The position numbers were made by a program, and so were the translations under genes. The notes under the pieces were generated by a model. That model worked only from the letters and a program-made list of their open reading frames with translations, was not told where the DNA came from and searched no databases. DNA of 64,000 nucleotides from Eledone cirrhosa (lineage: Eukaryota), in the NCBI GenBank assembly GCA_964016885.1, contig OZ024750.1:38874001-38938000 (forward strand), read 5' to 3'. Below are positions 62,601 to 64,000 of this stretch, piece after piece. Position 1 is the first letter of the stretch, and every line of letters starts with the position of its first letter.

Positions 62601-64000
62601 GTTCTTGTTAACTATTACCTGGGTACCTCTACGGTGACAGTGGTTCTTGTTAACTATTACCTGGGTAGCTCTACGATGACAGTGCTTCTTGTTAACTATT
62701 ACCTGGGTACCTCTACGGTGACAATGGTTCTTATTAACTATTACCTGGGTACCTCTACGGTGACAGTGGTTCTTGTTAACTATTAACTGGGTACCTCTAC
62801 GGTGACAGTGCTTCTTGTTAACTATTACCTGGGTACCTCTACGGTGACAGTGGTTCTTGTTAACTATTACCTGGGTACCTCTACGGTGACAGTGATTCTT
62901 GTTAACTATTACCTGGGTACCTCTACGGTGACAGTGCTTCTTGTTAACTATTACCTGGGTACCTCTACGGTGACAGTGGTTCTTGTTAACTATTACCTGG
63001 GTACCTCTACGGTGACAGTGGTTCTTATTAACTATTACCTGGGTACCTCTACGGTGACAGTGGTTCTTGTTAACTATTACCTGGGTACCTCTACGATGAC
63101 AGTGGTTCTTGTTAACTATTACCTGGGTACCTCTGTGGTGAAAGTGGTTCTTGTTAACTATTACCTGGGTACCTCTACGGTGACAGTGCTTCTTGTTAAC
63201 TATTACCTGGGTACCTCTACGGTGACAGTGGTTCTTGTTAACTATTACCTGGGTACCTCTACGGTGACAGTGGTTCTTGTTAACTATTACCTGGGTACCT
63301 CTACGGTGACAGTGCTTCTTGTTAACTATTACCTGGGTACCTCTACGGTGACAGTGGTTCTTGTTAACTATTACCTGGGTACCTCTACGGTGACAGTGCT
63401 TCTTGTTAACTATTACCTGCGTACCTCTACGGTGACAGTGGTTCTTGTTAACTATTACCTGGGTACCTCTACGGTGACAGTGATTCTTATTAACTATTAC
63501 GTGGGTACCTCTACGGTGACAGTGGTTCTTGTTAACTATTACCTGGGTACCTCTACGGTGACAGTGGTTCTTGTTAACTATTACCTGGGTACCTCTACGG
63601 TGACAGTGGTTCTTGTTAACTATTACCTGGGTACCTCTACGATGACAGTGGTTCTTGTTAACTATTACCTGGGTACCTCTGCGGTGAAAGTGGTTCTTGT
63701 TAACTATTACCTGGGTACCTCTACGATGACAGTGGTTCTTGTTAACTATTACCTGGGTACCTCTACGGTGAAAGTGGTTCTTGTTAACTATTACCTGGGT
63801 ACCTCTACGGTGACAGTGCTTCTTGTTAACTATTACCTGGGTACCTCTACGGTGACAGTGGTTCTTGTTAACTATTACCTGGGTACCTCTACGGTGACAG
63901 TGCTTCTTGTTAACTATTACCTGGGTACCTCTACGGTGACAGTGGTTCTTGTTAACTATTACCTGGGTACCTCTACGGTGACAGTGCTTCTTGTTAACTA

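Larger units (their letters stand above)
2617..64000. repeat. 42-bp satellite DNA array, >61 kb, ~1,460 head-to-tail monomers, runs off the window end
   Basis: Consensus TTGTTAACTATTACCTGGGTACCTCTACGGTGACAGTGSTTC (19/42 GC; one HpaI GTTAAC site, one KpnI GGTACC site, one CpG). Most monomers are within 0-2 substitutions. Length variants are 40 bp (AG deleted), 39 bp (CTT or TGT deleted) and 41 bp. No inversion or foreign insertion seen. Confidence 0.99.

Noticed and set aside
2604-62786. Dozens of + strand ORFs encoding (VNYYLGTSTVTVVL)n as a giant repeat protein
   Set aside because: They arise from a 42-bp unit with a stop-free frame. Most starts are GTG within the repeat, there are no unique N/C-terminal domains, and frameshifts and TAA stops (6392, 6605, 8533, 11340, 21438, 57080, 62786) are copied between blocks. 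Common variants are mostly non-synonymous.
2617-64000. 42-bp array as CRISPR, telomeric repeat or tRNA/5S/snRNA gene array
   Set aside because: No spacers, no telomere-type G-rich short motif, and the unit is too short and lacks recognisable RNA-gene structure or Pol III boxes.

Overview
Eukaryotic (animal, probably cephalopod/octopus-like, inferred only from a SINE remnant) non-coding window. About 96% of it (~2617 to the window end) is one uninterrupted, single-orientation satellite array of ~1,460 copies of a 42-bp monomer, TTGTTAACTATTACCTGGGTACCTCTACGGTGACAGTG(C/G)TTC. All long ORFs in the track (up to 5364 aa) are by-products of this monomer being a multiple of 3 with no stop in one frame per strand; I find no credible protein-coding gene. 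The first 2.6 kb holds the end of a separate 38-bp tandem repeat, AT-rich unique DNA, a (TA)n microsatellite, a decayed tRNA-type SINE and a CpG-enriched cluster of promoter-like motifs next to the array edge. The real information is in the monomer variants. They show a nested hierarchy: 42 bp, 84-bp dimers, a 168-bp cassette, a loose ~0.5-0.67-kb repeat, 2-2.4-kb blocks and 3-5.7-kb block duplications. They also show a polar gradient of variant types and a possible common ancestry of the two neighbouring satellites. No new gene system is demonstrated; the functional ideas below are hypotheses.
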